From Batkoa obscura (Eukaryota), in assembly GCA_030770535.1 (NCBI GenBank), contig JASVEC010000001.1, positions 2,170,001-2,234,000 on the forward strand: 64,000 bases of DNA. The letters run 5' to 3'. The number at the start of each line of letters is the position of its first letter. Within the stretch, counting starts at the first letter, position 1. Shown one piece after another: positions 1 through 12,493 of the stretch. The notes under the pieces are model-generated. The model was not told the DNA's origin. It searched no databases and saw only the letters and a program-made list of their open reading frames with translations. The translations under genes and the position numbers were made by a program.

Positions 1-284
1 CAGTTTTTGAAAGTAGCAGCAGATAAAGATAGTACCGAACATAGAATCGTTAAATCGTTATGTATTATGGAACATTACCAGGAGAGCTATAGTATTAGGT
101 AAAAGAGTTATTAATATTATTCTATTAATTGAAGCTAATACCAATTTTTTACCCTACGTATAGACCACCAGTATTTGGTAAAAAAGTGAGTGAAAGTCGA
201 AAAAAAGCATATAGTGAAAACTATGATAATTATTTAAGAATGATTGAAATGTTAAATAAAACAGAAGGATTGGCTTTACGTTGA
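1..284 (+). CDS. 3' end of a gene entering from the left edge; C-terminus resembles fungal mitochondrial Irc19/DUF1763-like proteins
   Basis: Frame 1 QFLKVAADKDSTEHRIVKSLCIMEHYQESYSIR, GT-AG intron 99-163, then PPVFGKKVSESRKKAYSENYDNYLRMIEMLNKTEGLALR*. Family call rests on recalled similarity of the MLNxxxGLxLR terminus. Confidence 0.5.
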
Positions 285-511
285 TGGGTAGAAAAGAGAG
301 ATTATAGAGTGCTTTGGATTATATAGCGGAATGAATTAATATTTATAGAACATAGAAAATAAAAGTTCAAGCTCTATTGATAGTGCATTATTTTTATTTT
401 TAAAAATGGTTAAAATAAAATAAAAATAAAAAATAGACTTTTATTATAAAAATACGTATTTATTCATTTATTTATTACACATAGCTACTAAAAATCACTT
501 AAGTCCCAGGG

Positions 512-1232
512 TTACAGTCTCGGTTTCAATTCTACATTATCATCTAACTCTCCATTTCCAATCTTCTTTATCAATTCAATCAGCTCTATCTTAAACCCTT
601 CACTCTCCCTCTCTTTCACTTCCTCATTAGGCTTAAGCTTATACTCCGCAATAAAAGCCAATCTTTTTAGTTTTATAGAATAACAATTAACTATTAATTT
701 CATCTCTTCTTTTTTCATTGAAGCTAATTTTGAAGCTATTATTAACTAATCAAAATAATCAAAAATCCAATCAATTTATTTTTATAGTAAACAGTCGAAT
801 TACTTACTTTATCTGGATACACTACTGCCGATTTATAATAAAATTCACAAGATTTCAATTGAAATGGAGAATCTTTATTTAATAAAGAATCAAACTGAAA
901 CTCGGTATTAGAAGTAAGGGATTTTATTTTTTCAATAAAAGCAATAAGACCTAAAAGTTGTACAATAGTCAGTTTTTAATATATATTAATATTAGATAAG
1001 AAATATCAAATGAAATTTACCAATTTCTCCATAATGAGACCACCAGGCGTTATTAATGTGCTGATAAATATCCTATTTACAAATGAGGTTACAAGTTATT
1101 TGATTAGATTAAAATAAAGTTGAATTTTACTTGATGTCCCCAATGAACTGGTAGTTGAATTAAGATAGGGTGAAAGAGTATAGAATTAGCTATTGAGTCT
1201 GGGAAAGTAGATAGTATTGATTTTATTGTCAT
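512..1232 (-). CDS. Hotdog-fold acyl-CoA thioesterase (4HBT-like), 4 exons
   Basis: Spliced reading MTIKSIL...LPVHWGHQ|DIYQHINNAWWSHYGEI|GLIAF...YYKSAVVYPDK|LIIASKLASMKKEEM...; WGxQDxxxHxNN and YxxxVxYPD motifs; canonical GT-AG junctions. Confidence 0.72.
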
Positions 1233-1627
1233 TTTAAATAATGATAAAAATAATTTAGCCTTGAATTTTATTAACTTAACAGAAAAACACGTGGTAATTA
1301 ATAATAGTCTACAATTAAAATTGAAATTAATTATCCTTTATAAAACTAAATAGTTAGATGAATTATTTTAATCTAAGAAGATATATCAAAGTAAGTCATA
1401 AATCTAACAATTAAACAATAAAAGTGTAAGCTAGAAGCATTTTAAGTCTTAATTAAAAACAAGCTTTATTTATTAAAAAAAGAAATATAAAAAAACTTCA
1501 TTTGACTCATTATAGTTTTAATTAAGAATAAAACCATAACCCACCTTAACACATCAACTACTCGTTCTTTTTTATAAAAAAAACTGAAGTATAGTCCAAT
1601 AAATCCCTTTAAAATTAAACCACAATT

Positions 1628-4600
1628 CTACAAATTATTTTCCTTATTATTGTTACTAGCAAAATCTCGCCATTGCTGTTTACTATCCGAATATTTATTA
1701 TTATTACCAAAGTTATATTTCATTTTAGGTTTCATATTAGTGTTATTATTGCTACTATGATTACTATTATTTTCATAATTGGATTTATTGTGCTGATAAG
1801 TTCCTTTTGATGAATATGAATAATTTTTGTTATAATATCCTTTCCTTGGTTTGATTCGTTTTTCTATTGTTATTAATGTAAATTATCTTTATAAATTTAA
1901 TATTATAATAAAAACTTACGTGTAGCTAATAATCGACGTCCTTTAAATTCCTATGATATTTATTATTTATTATTAATTGAAACTATTATTATAAATTTAA
2001 TAACTTTACCTTATCATTTAATATTTTAATCATATCCTCTACGACAGATGCGCTATTCGTTTCAATTAAAGCAAATGTTTTTAATTTAAATATGATAATT
2101 TTCGTAATCTAAAAAATAGATTCAATACATTATTTTTAACATAAATCATAGCAATTTATAATTACTTCTTCTTTAAATTGATCAATTAAATTAAAAAAAG
2201 GTTCTTCCATTTCAAATTGTTCTCCATTATTAATATATAATACTTTACTTGGATCTGGCTGATTATCATGATATTGTTTATCAACCCATATTATATTATA
2301 ACCATTAATAATCTGCTCATCTTTATTCAAATTTTCTTTTAATTCTGCTTCTTCTTCAGATACTTTAGATGCCCAGTCTACTTGTTCAAATGTGTTATTT
2401 TGACTTTGATTATTATTATCGCCGATAGTATTATCTTTCTTGTTTAACCAATCATCAACTTTTGTCGTGGTATCTGATTCCATAAGCCCCCCTTTTACTT
2501 CATTCCATTTCTTTGAATTTAAAGATTTGTTTTTCTTTTCTTCCCAATTATCTCCCGATTCTACTTTTTCATTATCGGACCAACTACTCTTTGTTATAAT
2601 TTTATCTTCTTTTGATTCTTCCATTTTATGTTGTTCATTACCATCATCAGACCAACTACTCTTAGGTAATTTTCTATTCATTTTATCTTGGATCTTAGCT
2701 TCTAGTTTTTCTATTTCATAAAAATTATTTAAATTATTATTTTATTTCAATTCTTATAAATGTTATTTACCTTTCTTAGTATTATCCAATGAAGTATTAT
2801 TATTATCAAGAGTCAAATTTAGAGCTTCCGTTTCTAAATCATTACGTAATTGATTCTCTTTAGGTTTTAAATTTCCGTTTTCATCTGGCCATGTATATGA
2901 ATTATGTTTTCCTACTTTCTTTTTACTTTGTACTGAAGTTGGTTCTAAAATAAAATGAAATAAAGTAAAGTTAATTTATATAATATTAAAATGATAATAA
3001 AATCTTACCAATAATAGAAGACTGTCCATTGCTATTATTTGTCCCGTTTTCCATTTTACTTTTGTTCTGATTTAAATTGATTTTGTTTTTAAACTTATTG
3101 TTCTTTTTTGATGAAGTTTCCGTTTTAATTGAATTAGTATCCGTATTGAATGTAGATGATTCAATAGCTTGATTCAATTCCTTTATATTATTTTTAATAT
3201 TAAAATTCTTAACCTTTGGAATTTTGTGACTATAATCAAGTACTATAATAAATTTGATTAATATCATAAAATTTAAATTGAGGTTAAAGTAAAAATATTA
3301 CTATGAGACCTAGTTTCAAAACTAACTTTAACCCCGCAAAAATTTAAATTAACAAAACCAAATGGAAAGTTAGGTGCTGTTAATTGAATAATACTATCAA
3401 AATAAGGCGTTTCATAAAAGGAATTTAAATCCTGTGGTGGGGGTATAATATCCAATAAAGAGATAGCTGTTTCGGCTATTCTTTTTTGTTCACTTCTTCG
3501 TAAAAATATTTAAAAAACATACATAAATAGAGTGATGTAAAATTACTTTGACTTTCCTGAAAAATGAGGACGTACCACTTCCCAAAGTTTGATAAAATCC
3601 TCTCTTGATTTTTCCAATCTTTCTTTTAATAATTCATTATCAAATGCAGTTACACTTTGACTACCCATAGAAGCAAGACGTGGTTCTAAACTAGGTGATA
3701 ACACATAATCGATCTAAAATTATTATTATTAAAAAATATTGAATTTGTTAACTAAAAATTAAGTTTACCTTTAATTTTGAAGCTAATTGAGAAATTATGG
3801 GTTCTTTGTTTAAATTTGTATGAGTAAGTAAAATTCGAATTTCGCATGTATCAACAATCTTTAGTATAAACAATTAATATTGATAAATAAATAATAGAGT
3901 TTAATTACCTTATTTGACATTTCAATTAATTCTCCAATCTGCAATAAAGTGACCCAAGCACCATCTTCATTACCAGCTAAATAACCACTACCTATATTTA
4001 ATATAAAAAAAATTGAAGTATTAATAATTAAACTAAACTAATTACTTACCAGTACCATGATCAAATAACTTATTTCTAACGAATGCTCCTCCAAGTCCAA
4101 AAAACCTCACTTTTAATTCTCCAATTTCTAATATCGGGGAATATTGTTGATCAATAAAATATAAATTATCGATATTATGTGTGGATGTTAAACTTTGTAA
4201 TACGGTTATATTTTCAAAGGATCCATGGATCGTGTAAATTGGCACGGAAAATTTTCGATTTCCATTTAGATATTCTGGAAACTCTGAAAGTTCTTCAATT
4301 TTAATTTCAGAACGTAGAAGTTGAGAGGGGAAAGAGAGTAACATGCTCTTCCTTTGATGATTCATCAATGTGCTACTACTGATTAGTTGTCTCAAGATCC
4401 TAATTTGAAGTATTTTGTTAAATGAAAGTGATTTTATTTATATTTCATTCTCATTACCTCTCACTCATTGTTTTAATTGATTCTGCAGCTAAATGGATTA
4501 ATTAAATTAACCATCCTATTCAAATCATATTAAAAATTACTTACAATGAAACCCAAAAGAACCAGAATGTATTACAGCTCTGGATTTGTTTTTTTTAATT

Positions 4601-4840
4601 AAACTTTCTAACCTAGTGAAATCACCTATTGAGAAATTGAATTTAATATTTAAATTTTCAATTAATTAACATTTATTTATTTAAAATCCAACTTACCATT
4701 GATATTAGCTACAAATAATACTTTTTCTAAAGTAGAATAGTTGAAGTCGGTATCTATAAAATGAAAACGAATTGTATCAATTTCATGCTTTTTAATATAT
4801 AGTGAATAGAATTACTTTCATTCATTTCTGAAAGATTCAT
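1628..4840 (-). CDS. DUF2433-type metallophosphoesterase-fold protein with a disordered middle and a C-terminal RRM-like domain, many exons
   Basis: Exons give KVLFVANING|DFTRLESLIKKNKSRAVIHSGSFGFH ... VPIYTIHGSFEN ... RFFGLGGAFVRNKLFDHGTG ... WVTLLQIGELIE ... EIRILLTH, matching the recalled fungal family. Late exons KVLYINN...TFALIET...EFKGRRLLA are RRM-like. Confidence 0.75.
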
Positions 4841-5538
4841 AATTTGATTGAAATTTTTTTTTAAAGTATTCAAGTATTTTTACCATTTGGTTACTTTCTT
4901 ATTATTGGTAGCCAATGATATTTTGGATTGAAGGTAGTGACCAATTTTTCTCATATTTGTAATAAAGATAGTAATAAGTCTTCTTTTATTAAGTGTAAAG
5001 ACCTAAATGGTTAATTGTGTGATAATAAATACTTATTTTTGAGTATTATACATTTGACAATGGAATACTTGTATATCGTTTATAAGGAGAATGACTTTGA
5101 ATGTTTTCATTTCTTCAATACAATACTAGAATCTATTTCATTAGAATAAGTTATGACTTTAAACACTTTTTTATGACGACACCAATTGGAAAAAAGATAA
5201 CCAATTTTCAATATAGATTTTATTAGTAAAATTTTAAAAAATAGTGTAAAAACAGAGATAACTATCAACATTAAGGGAATACTTATCTTATGATAAATTG
5301 TATTATTAAAAAACCTAACAAAAACAACAATGTAGTTATTATTTCAACTCTTTTCTATAACAACTAAAGTTCTTAATAAAAAATGTAATAATGGTTTTAT
5401 ACCACTATCGTAGAGAATCACTTGTAAATAGCTGTACTTTTTAAATAGAAAAATAGTGTAAGTTATTTATCAAATATTCTAATCTTAACCTAAAATTGAG
5501 ATTAACTTAATATTTAAACTTAATCAATTTCTACATAT

Positions 5539-5636
5539 GGGAGTGTTTTTTTAACTTCATTATTTTTTCCATTTTTTAAGCGCTATTTAAGCGGAAAATT
5601 TGTTAGTAAAATTCTTAAACACAAAAATACATCCCC
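5539..5636 (-). mobile_element. ~98-bp MITE-like repeat, copy 1
   Basis: GGGAGTGTTT...AATACATCCCC termini; internal AAGCGCTATTTAAGCGGAAAA core shared with the other copies. Confidence 0.85.
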
Positions 5637-5855
5637 ATATATTGTAGAGTTTAAAATAATATATTACTTTCTGATAAATAAAATTGGCCTATTTTTTAGC
5701 CTTGATTTCAAATATTCAAACTAATTCAAAATAGAATCTACAATAACAACGTTTAACATATATATTATTATAATATTGTTAAACATAGTTGCAAAAAAAT
5801 GCTTCATTTACTAGTCATTAGGAAATGAGTGTTTAAAGTCAAATGCTTCAATTAT

Positions 5856-5970
5856 AGGATTATTTTTATAGATAAGTATATGGGAAAATCTTTCTGCTCA
5901 AATAGCGCTTAAAAAAGGAAAAAAGTGATAGAATCAAAAAACGGCTTGAAATTCTTAAAAAATACATCCT
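5856..5970 (+). mobile_element. Degenerate or rearranged copy of the MITE-like repeat
   Basis: Contains CTCAAATAGCGCTTAAAAAAGGAAAAAAGTGATAG core and ends ATACATCC. Confidence 0.55.
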
Positions 5971-6266
5971 TATATACTGAATTTTTTATGTATCTTCAAT
6001 AAAAGTACAGATGTAATAAATTAAACTTGATTATTAAATATTTTTCTAGTATATTAACTAAATGTCATTATTTTTAGAACTTCAATTTTATTTGTTTATT
6101 TAAATTGGACGTGAAAATTCAGCTTTTATATAATTATTTAATATTATTAGTTTTAACCTTTAAGGTTGTTTTTGTTAATATCCACCTGTATGCAATTGTT
6201 ATATACTAAAGATTTTGAGTATCAATAATTCAATCTGTTGCTAACGCATTTATAATGATATATTAC

Positions 6267-7474
6267 AAAAACAAAAGACACTAAAGTTACTATATACCAT
6301 TTAATAGTAAAATGTGGATTTATAATATTAACACTTTAAAGCAAATAAAGCAATAGCCCAAGTTTAGAAATACTTTAAAACTTACAAATCAGCTTAAAAA
6401 ACAATAAAATATTACTGACTTAAATAATTAAATCAATTCAAAATTCCAATTTTTACATAATCAGAAATAAAAATCTATAAGTATAAATAACATTAAAAAA
6501 GTCACTTTTAAAATAGTTATATTCAATTAAAAACAGTTTTAAAGTAAAAAATGAGTAATAGAAAACTCAACTTAATTTTACGTAAAGTAGTTCAACAAAT
6601 AGTATCGATTGAACAATCAGAAGGTGTAGGTGGCAGAGTACGACGTAGCATCGGTACTTCTAGATTAAGAAATCTTGATCCCTTCTTAATGTTAGATGAA
6701 TTCCATATACAATGTCCAGGAGGCTTCCCCGATCATCCACATCGAGGATTTGAAACTGTCTCCTATATATTCACTGGAACTAATCAACATGAAGACTTTA
6801 TTGGAAACCAAGGTATCATTGGACCAGGTGACTTACAATGGATGACTGCAGGAAAAGGAATAGTTCATGCAGAAATGCCATTACCACAAACTAAAGGACC
6901 AGTCACTGGTTTACAACTATGGATTAATTTACCAAAAAAAGAAAAAATGTGTGAACCTAGATATCAGGATTTCAAAGATAATGAAATACCTAGAGTAATA
7001 CCAGAAGTAGGAGTGGAGATTAAAGTAATTGCTGGTGAGGCTTATGGAACTCAGTCATCTATTAAAGCCAGTAATTCAGTTTATATGATGGATTTTAAAA
7101 TGGAAGCAAATAAATCAGCTTATCAAATCTTACCAGCTGGATTTAATAGTGCATTTATTTATACTATTAAAGGCCAAGTGGAAGTTGCACAAAATGGGAA
7201 ATTAGTTTTACCTCATACAATAGTAGTATTTGATAAAGAAGGTGGGGATGAAGTTAGTCAAATCTTAATTAATAGTCATAATGAAAAGGTTCATTTTGTT
7301 TTGATTGCTGGTAAACCTATTAATGAGCCTATTAAACAATATGGTCCTTTCGTTATGAATGATCAAGAAGGTATTAATAATGCTTTTTTGGATTACCAGT
7401 TTAATAAAAATGGGTTTGAGAAAGCAAAGAACTGGAAATCGATTATTGGAAGAAGAACTTTTATTTAAGTATAT
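6267..7474 (+). repeat. 1208-bp inverted segmental duplication, arm 1 (pirin + 284 bp upstream + 6 bp downstream)
   Basis: Reverse complement of 15851-17058; identical encoded protein and no differences seen in the upstream region. Confidence 0.97.
6551..7468 (+). CDS. Pirin (bicupin, Fe-binding; quercetinase-like), copy 1, intronless
   Basis: DPFLMLDEF, GFPDHPHRGFETVSY, QWMTAGKGIVHAEMP, GLQLWINLP, GPFVMN. Confidence 0.96.
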   Translation: MSNRKLNLILRKVVQQIVSIEQSEGVGGRVRRSIGTSRLRNLDPFLMLDEFHIQCPGGFPDHPHRGFETVSYIFTGTNQHEDFIGNQGIIGPGDLQWMTAGKGIVHAEMPLPQTKGPVTGLQLWINLPKKEKMCEPRYQDFKDNEIPRVIPEVGVEIKVIAGEAYGTQSSIKASNSVYMMDFKMEANKSAYQILPAGFNSAFIYTIKGQVEVAQNGKLVLPHTIVVFDKEGGDEVSQILINSHNEKVHFVLIAGKPINEPIKQYGPFVMNDQEGINNAFLDYQFNKNGFEKAKNWKSIIGRRTFI

Positions 7475-7573
7475 AGGGATGTGTTTTTGTGTTTAAGAAT
7501 TTTACCAACAAATTTTCCGCTTAAGTAGCGCTCAAAAAATGAAAAAAGCGATGAAGCCATAAAAGACATCCCC
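7475..7573 (+). mobile_element. MITE-like repeat, copy 2, at the pirin duplication breakpoint
   Basis: AGGGATGTGTTTTTGTGTTTAAGAATTTT...CCGCTTAAGTAGCGCTC...GACATCCCC; begins at the first base after homology to arm 2 ends. Confidence 0.88.
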
Positions 7574-7777
7574 ATCTTATTTATTATTATTATCAAAAAT
7601 AAAAAGATTTAGCTGCTTTCAGTGTTTTAAATATTTATTTACAATATTATATTTCAATTTTAATCAGTAATATAAATATTTATTTATTAAATTTATTAAA
7701 TAAAACATAAAATAATCTGAACTAAGTTTTACTAAATTAATATTTTATTAAAACCAAAATATAATCAATATTAAATA

Positions 7778-8686
7778 CTAATACATATTCAAATTAATCC
7801 AATCCACATAATTATTTACTTTAGTAAAAATGGACGGAAATTTTTTATTTAAACACTTCATGTTAATCACTAATGAAGCAATTCCAATAATCTTATTTTC
7901 TATTACTAAAGGACTTCCTGAATCTCCGTGACAAACGGAAGTTTTATCTTCCATATGACGAGCACAAAGATGATTCATTTGGTTTAAATCTTTATAAGCT
8001 TTATTACATTTCTCAAAGGAATATATAGATAGTGTAGTTTGTAATAGACTAGGTGAACTTGAGTCATATTTTAAAGGATCTGTTCTACCCCATCCTGCAA
8101 ATTGAGCTTCTAAGCCTTCTTCATTCGCTAAGTTATCAGTGTCAAGTAATAGATATTCTCGAACTGGACTTGGCGTTAACAATTTAACAATGGCAATGTC
8201 ATTATTGACAAATGGATCTTGTTTGTTATAATTTGGATGTAATATAACTTCTTTAATTGAATGAATAGTAAAACTACCATTAGGTCCTTTGCCTAATAAA
8301 GATGAGCCACCATTATTATAGATAAAAGATGATGAGTTAATACTATTAGCTTCTGTTTTCATCTCATTTAATTCTTTTTCTTCTAATACTCTAGAATCAA
8401 TTAATCCGCTTGGTGAATTATCTGAATAATATGACCATACTTTTAATGGAAGGTTTTCATCCATACAATGAGCCGCAGTGAGAACAATATTAGAGCTTAA
8501 TAACCCACCACCACATAAATGAATACTACCTGTACGTATAGATACTAAAGAGGGATGATTCTTCCAACTAGTGGGGCTTCCATTAATTATTCGATAGCTA
8601 ATACTATTGTCAGTTAGGTTTTCGGATTGGATTGGAAAGCAATAATAGAAGGTTAAGAATAGTAATAAAGTGAGTATATAAAACAT
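7778..8686 (-). CDS. Secreted S1 (chymotrypsin-clan) serine protease with a ~50-aa internal insertion
   Basis: Signal peptide, R|IING activation site, LTAAHC (His), NDIAIV (Asp), GDSGSP (Ser); Ser rather than Asp at position 189 (TSVC). Confidence 0.93.
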   Translation of the reverse strand: MFYILTLLLFLTFYYCFPIQSENLTDNSISYRIINGSPTSWKNHPSLVSIRTGSIHLCGGGLLSSNIVLTAAHCMDENLPLKVWSYYSDNSPSGLIDSRVLEEKELNEMKTEANSINSSSFIYNNGGSSLLGKGPNGSFTIHSIKEVILHPNYNKQDPFVNNDIAIVKLLTPSPVREYLLLDTDNLANEEGLEAQFAGWGRTDPLKYDSSSPSLLQTTLSIYSFEKCNKAYKDLNQMNHLCARHMEDKTSVCHGDSGSPLVIENKIIGIASLVINMKCLNKKFPSIFTKVNNYVDWINLNMY

Positions 8687-9116
8687 TTTTTGGTATACGC
8701 CAGGTATAAAAATGGAATTTAAATATTAAAAAAATAAAGTTGAGTGTTTTTAGTATAGTTGTTTTTATAAGAATTAAATTTTAATGTTGCTTTTGAGTTA
8801 TTTAATATATTAAAATAATTCTTAATATCAATATTTTCAACCAATTATTAAGAGTTATTATTTTTCATTTATTGATTATTAAGTGAGTTCTAATGAGTTA
8901 CTTAAAATTAATTACCATATTGCTATAGTAGTTAGTTAATATAATAGTGTTAATATTACAAAGTATATGTACTCTAACATAGATAATGGTTTGATAAATA
9001 TAATTTTATAAAAATAAGTAGTTTTGGTGAAAATAATATAAATTGTGTATTATATATTACATTCTAAAGGATATAGATAAAAGTTGACATGGATATAGTA
9101 TTTTAATTCAATATTT

Positions 9117-9211
9117 GGGGATATGTTTTTGTGTTCAAGAATTTTACTAACTTTTCCACTCAAATAGTGCTTGTAAGGGGGAAAAAGTAATGAAGCCAAA
9201 AAAACATCTTT
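9117..9211 (+). mobile_element. MITE-like repeat, copy 3, upstream of BST1
   Basis: GGGGATATGTTTTTGTGTTCAAGAATTTTACTAAC...CCACTCAAATAGTGCTT...GAAGCCAAAAAAACATC. Confidence 0.82.
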
Positions 9212-9349
9212 ATTTTATTTATGTTATCTACAATTTTAACTTACTAAGTATCCACTTAATTTGCAAACCCTTACAATAAATTTGCACTAAATAAATAATA
9301 AAAATAAACTTTTCTATTTTTTTTACTAACTTTCAACTTGTTAGAAGCC

Positions 9350-12300
9350 ATGAAAACATTGCTATTTTATATCTTTAGTTCAACCCTACTATTTCTCATA
9401 ATCTATAAGTCCACACTTGAAAACAATGATATAAGTGGCTGTCAGATGACATACTCGTATCCTGAATTTATCAAGCAACATTTTGCTTCTAATACAAAAG
9501 AGTTAAACAGATATAGTTTATATTTATATAAAGATTTAGAGTTTGATAATGAAAAAGAGGTAAGGGAAATTTATACTATTTCTGTATAAAATAAAAATAA
9601 AAATGAAAATAAGATTTTTGAGAATTAATAATTAACTTTAGCTTTATGGTACCCCTGTATTATTTCTACCAGGTAATGCAGGCTCTTATAAACAAGTTCG
9701 AAGTATTGCAAAAACGGTCAGTTTATTAGCTAAAAAAAGAAATATCATGGGCTTGGATTTTTTTACAAGTAAGAAGTTGTTTGATTTTATTCCAATTTGG
9801 AACTATTGAAACTAATAATTTTAGTAAATTTCAACGAAGAATTGAGTGCTTTAGTAGGTCAAATATTAGTGGATCAATCCAATTATGCTATAGAAAGCAT
9901 TGATTATATATTAAAATTATATCAAGAAAATCTAAGTAATAATAAACTCATCTCAATACCTACATCTGTAATAGTCATTGGACACTCTATGGGCGGTATT
10001 GTTGCAAGAAATATCCCAAGTTTAAAAGTATATAAAAAAGGAAGTATTAATAGTATCTTTACATTAGCATCACCACATTTATATCCACGATTACCACTAG
10101 AAAAAGAAATGTATTTATTATATGATCAAGTAAACCATTTTTGGAGAGAAAGAAATTTCCATCAAAATGAATTCAGTGATATTCGCAATGAATTGAATAA
10201 CATTAGTTTAATTTCAATTACAGGAGGTAATAGAGATAGTCAAATTGCTTCTGATTTATCGGAATTATCTACTTTGGTCAATAAAAATCATGGATTTACG
10301 GTTTATACTACTAGTTTACCAAAGGCTTGGGTTAGCAGTGATCATCAATCTATTCTTTGGTGTAAACAAGTGGTGTTATCTGTTTCTAAAGCTATATTAA
10401 ATATTATTGATATTAACTCCGAGTTCCGAACTTTACCTATTAAGAATCGAATGCAACAGTTAAAATTGGATTTATTACAAATACCTAAAGAAGAAGCGGA
10501 TTTTGAACTTAAAATGGAAGAAGCAATAGAGTTCAAGGAAGATGACAAGGAATTGGAATTGGATCTTAATAGTTCTGAGTTGTTGAAAATAAGTTCAAAT
10601 ATAGAAAATTTCAATTTCATATCTTCCAAAGAAATAGTAGTATTTAAATGTTTAAAAAAAGATAATAAATTACTTATATGCAATAATTTTGATACTATTA
10701 CATCTACTCTTCTACCAGCAACGGAACATCAATTTGATAAAGGATTTGGAGATGTCGTTCTACAACATATACATGTCAATTTAAAATTAGAAGATAAATT
10801 TGATTACTTGTTAATTAGAGGAAAAGAAAAGAAAATTCAAAAAGTAAAAATAAAAATTCAAAAAGAAGAGAAATTGATTATACAGCCAAGTATTATGGAA
10901 TTGTTATTGGGTTATAATACAAACCTTGTTAATAAAAAACAACAATTAAACACCTATTTTAAGATTCAATTAAAATTACCAGAATCTCCATTATTAGCAT
11001 ATAAATTTATGTTAAAATCCGATAATAATCCAGAATTAAATTTTATACTACGACAAATTAATTATCAAATTAATGAGTATAAATATTTTGTAAATAAAAT
11101 GAATGAAGCAATCAAAATCAATTTTCATAGTCAAGCTAAAATGCCCAATCATCATTATCATTTTAATGAAATTAATAACCATATTCGAGATATTATTCAA
11201 GACAATGTTAATTATATTCATAATCCTCATGAATTATTAGATCCATTCTGGAAGTTCATTGAATTACATCTATGGTTGAATTTACCTCATAAAGCTGAGA
11301 TAAATGAAAAAGAGATGAATGTCAATCTTCATTTTCAATTAGATGTTTATTCTACATTAGGACGGTTATTTAAACGAATTGATTTAGCCATAGCAGTATT
11401 TCCATTTTCACTGATAATATTATTATTTACAAATAATTTATTAAAATTTAAAAAAATACATTATATTCAATATATCAATTGTAGTTTAAAGAAAGAACTA
11501 ATTTATTATACAATAATATTATGGATATTTAGTATAATCCAATCTATTATAATAATATTTCAATGGGATGATTTAATAAGTAATAATCATTGGGATTTAT
11601 TTCCTGATTTTTCATTATTATTAATTAATGATCGAGGTTTACTATGTACTTGGATTATTCCTTTAATTACACTTATGTCTGCTGGGTTTATTATTATTTA
11701 TTATTTCATTGTTATAGGCTTAATTATAGTATTTCAATTAGTTTCAACGATCATAAAATCGAAATCTTGGCTTCGATTACCATATAAACAATTCTTACAT
11801 TTTCCATTGAGTTTAAGGTTTTTGTCTTTATTTTTATTGACAATATTGACTGCTAAATTCATCCCTAATTTTATACTATATACAATTATTGTATTAATTG
11901 CTATTAATAATGCTAAAATAAGTAAAATGAATGTAAGTTTTATTGATAATAATAATAATTTATTTATTTAACATCTTTGTTTTAATTAGTTTAAAATCGA
12001 ACAATATCAACTGGATATATCAATAGTTCATTTCTTATTTACTGCATTACCATCCCACGTTCCTGCCTTAATTGTATGGTTTAGAAGTTTTATTCAAGAA
12101 AACAGAACTTTACCAATATTGAATTACCATCCATTATCTTTTGATAATATATTATTGACTATATTAATATTATGTTTTATTATTAACCCGTTATCAGCTA
12201 CTTTAATTGAGAATTTACAAAAAAGGTAAACAATAATTTTATTTGGAATTATTGAATATCGTAATTAACTTTTTATTAGGAAACTGGTATGTAAGTTAGT

Positions 12301-12436
12301 TTATATACTTTTTACAACATTGGCTATTTATACTGCTTTAACTGGATTTACTTATACTTTCATATTCCCTCAGATTGCTACTTACATGTTATTAATTTGT
12401 TATATACTTGATTTTGGTATTGCTAAACAAGTATAG
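9350..12436 (+). CDS. BST1: GPI inositol-deacylase (PGAP1/Bst1), multi-exon
   Basis: GCQMTYSYP, GTPVLFLPGNAGSYKQVRSIA, NFNEELSA, IGHSMGGIVAR lipase motif, DHQSILWC, C-terminal TM helices. Confidence 0.94.
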
Positions 12437-12493
12437 TAATGGTTGAAATAAACAGATAATAATTATATATAAAATAATTAAAATATAAAAAGT

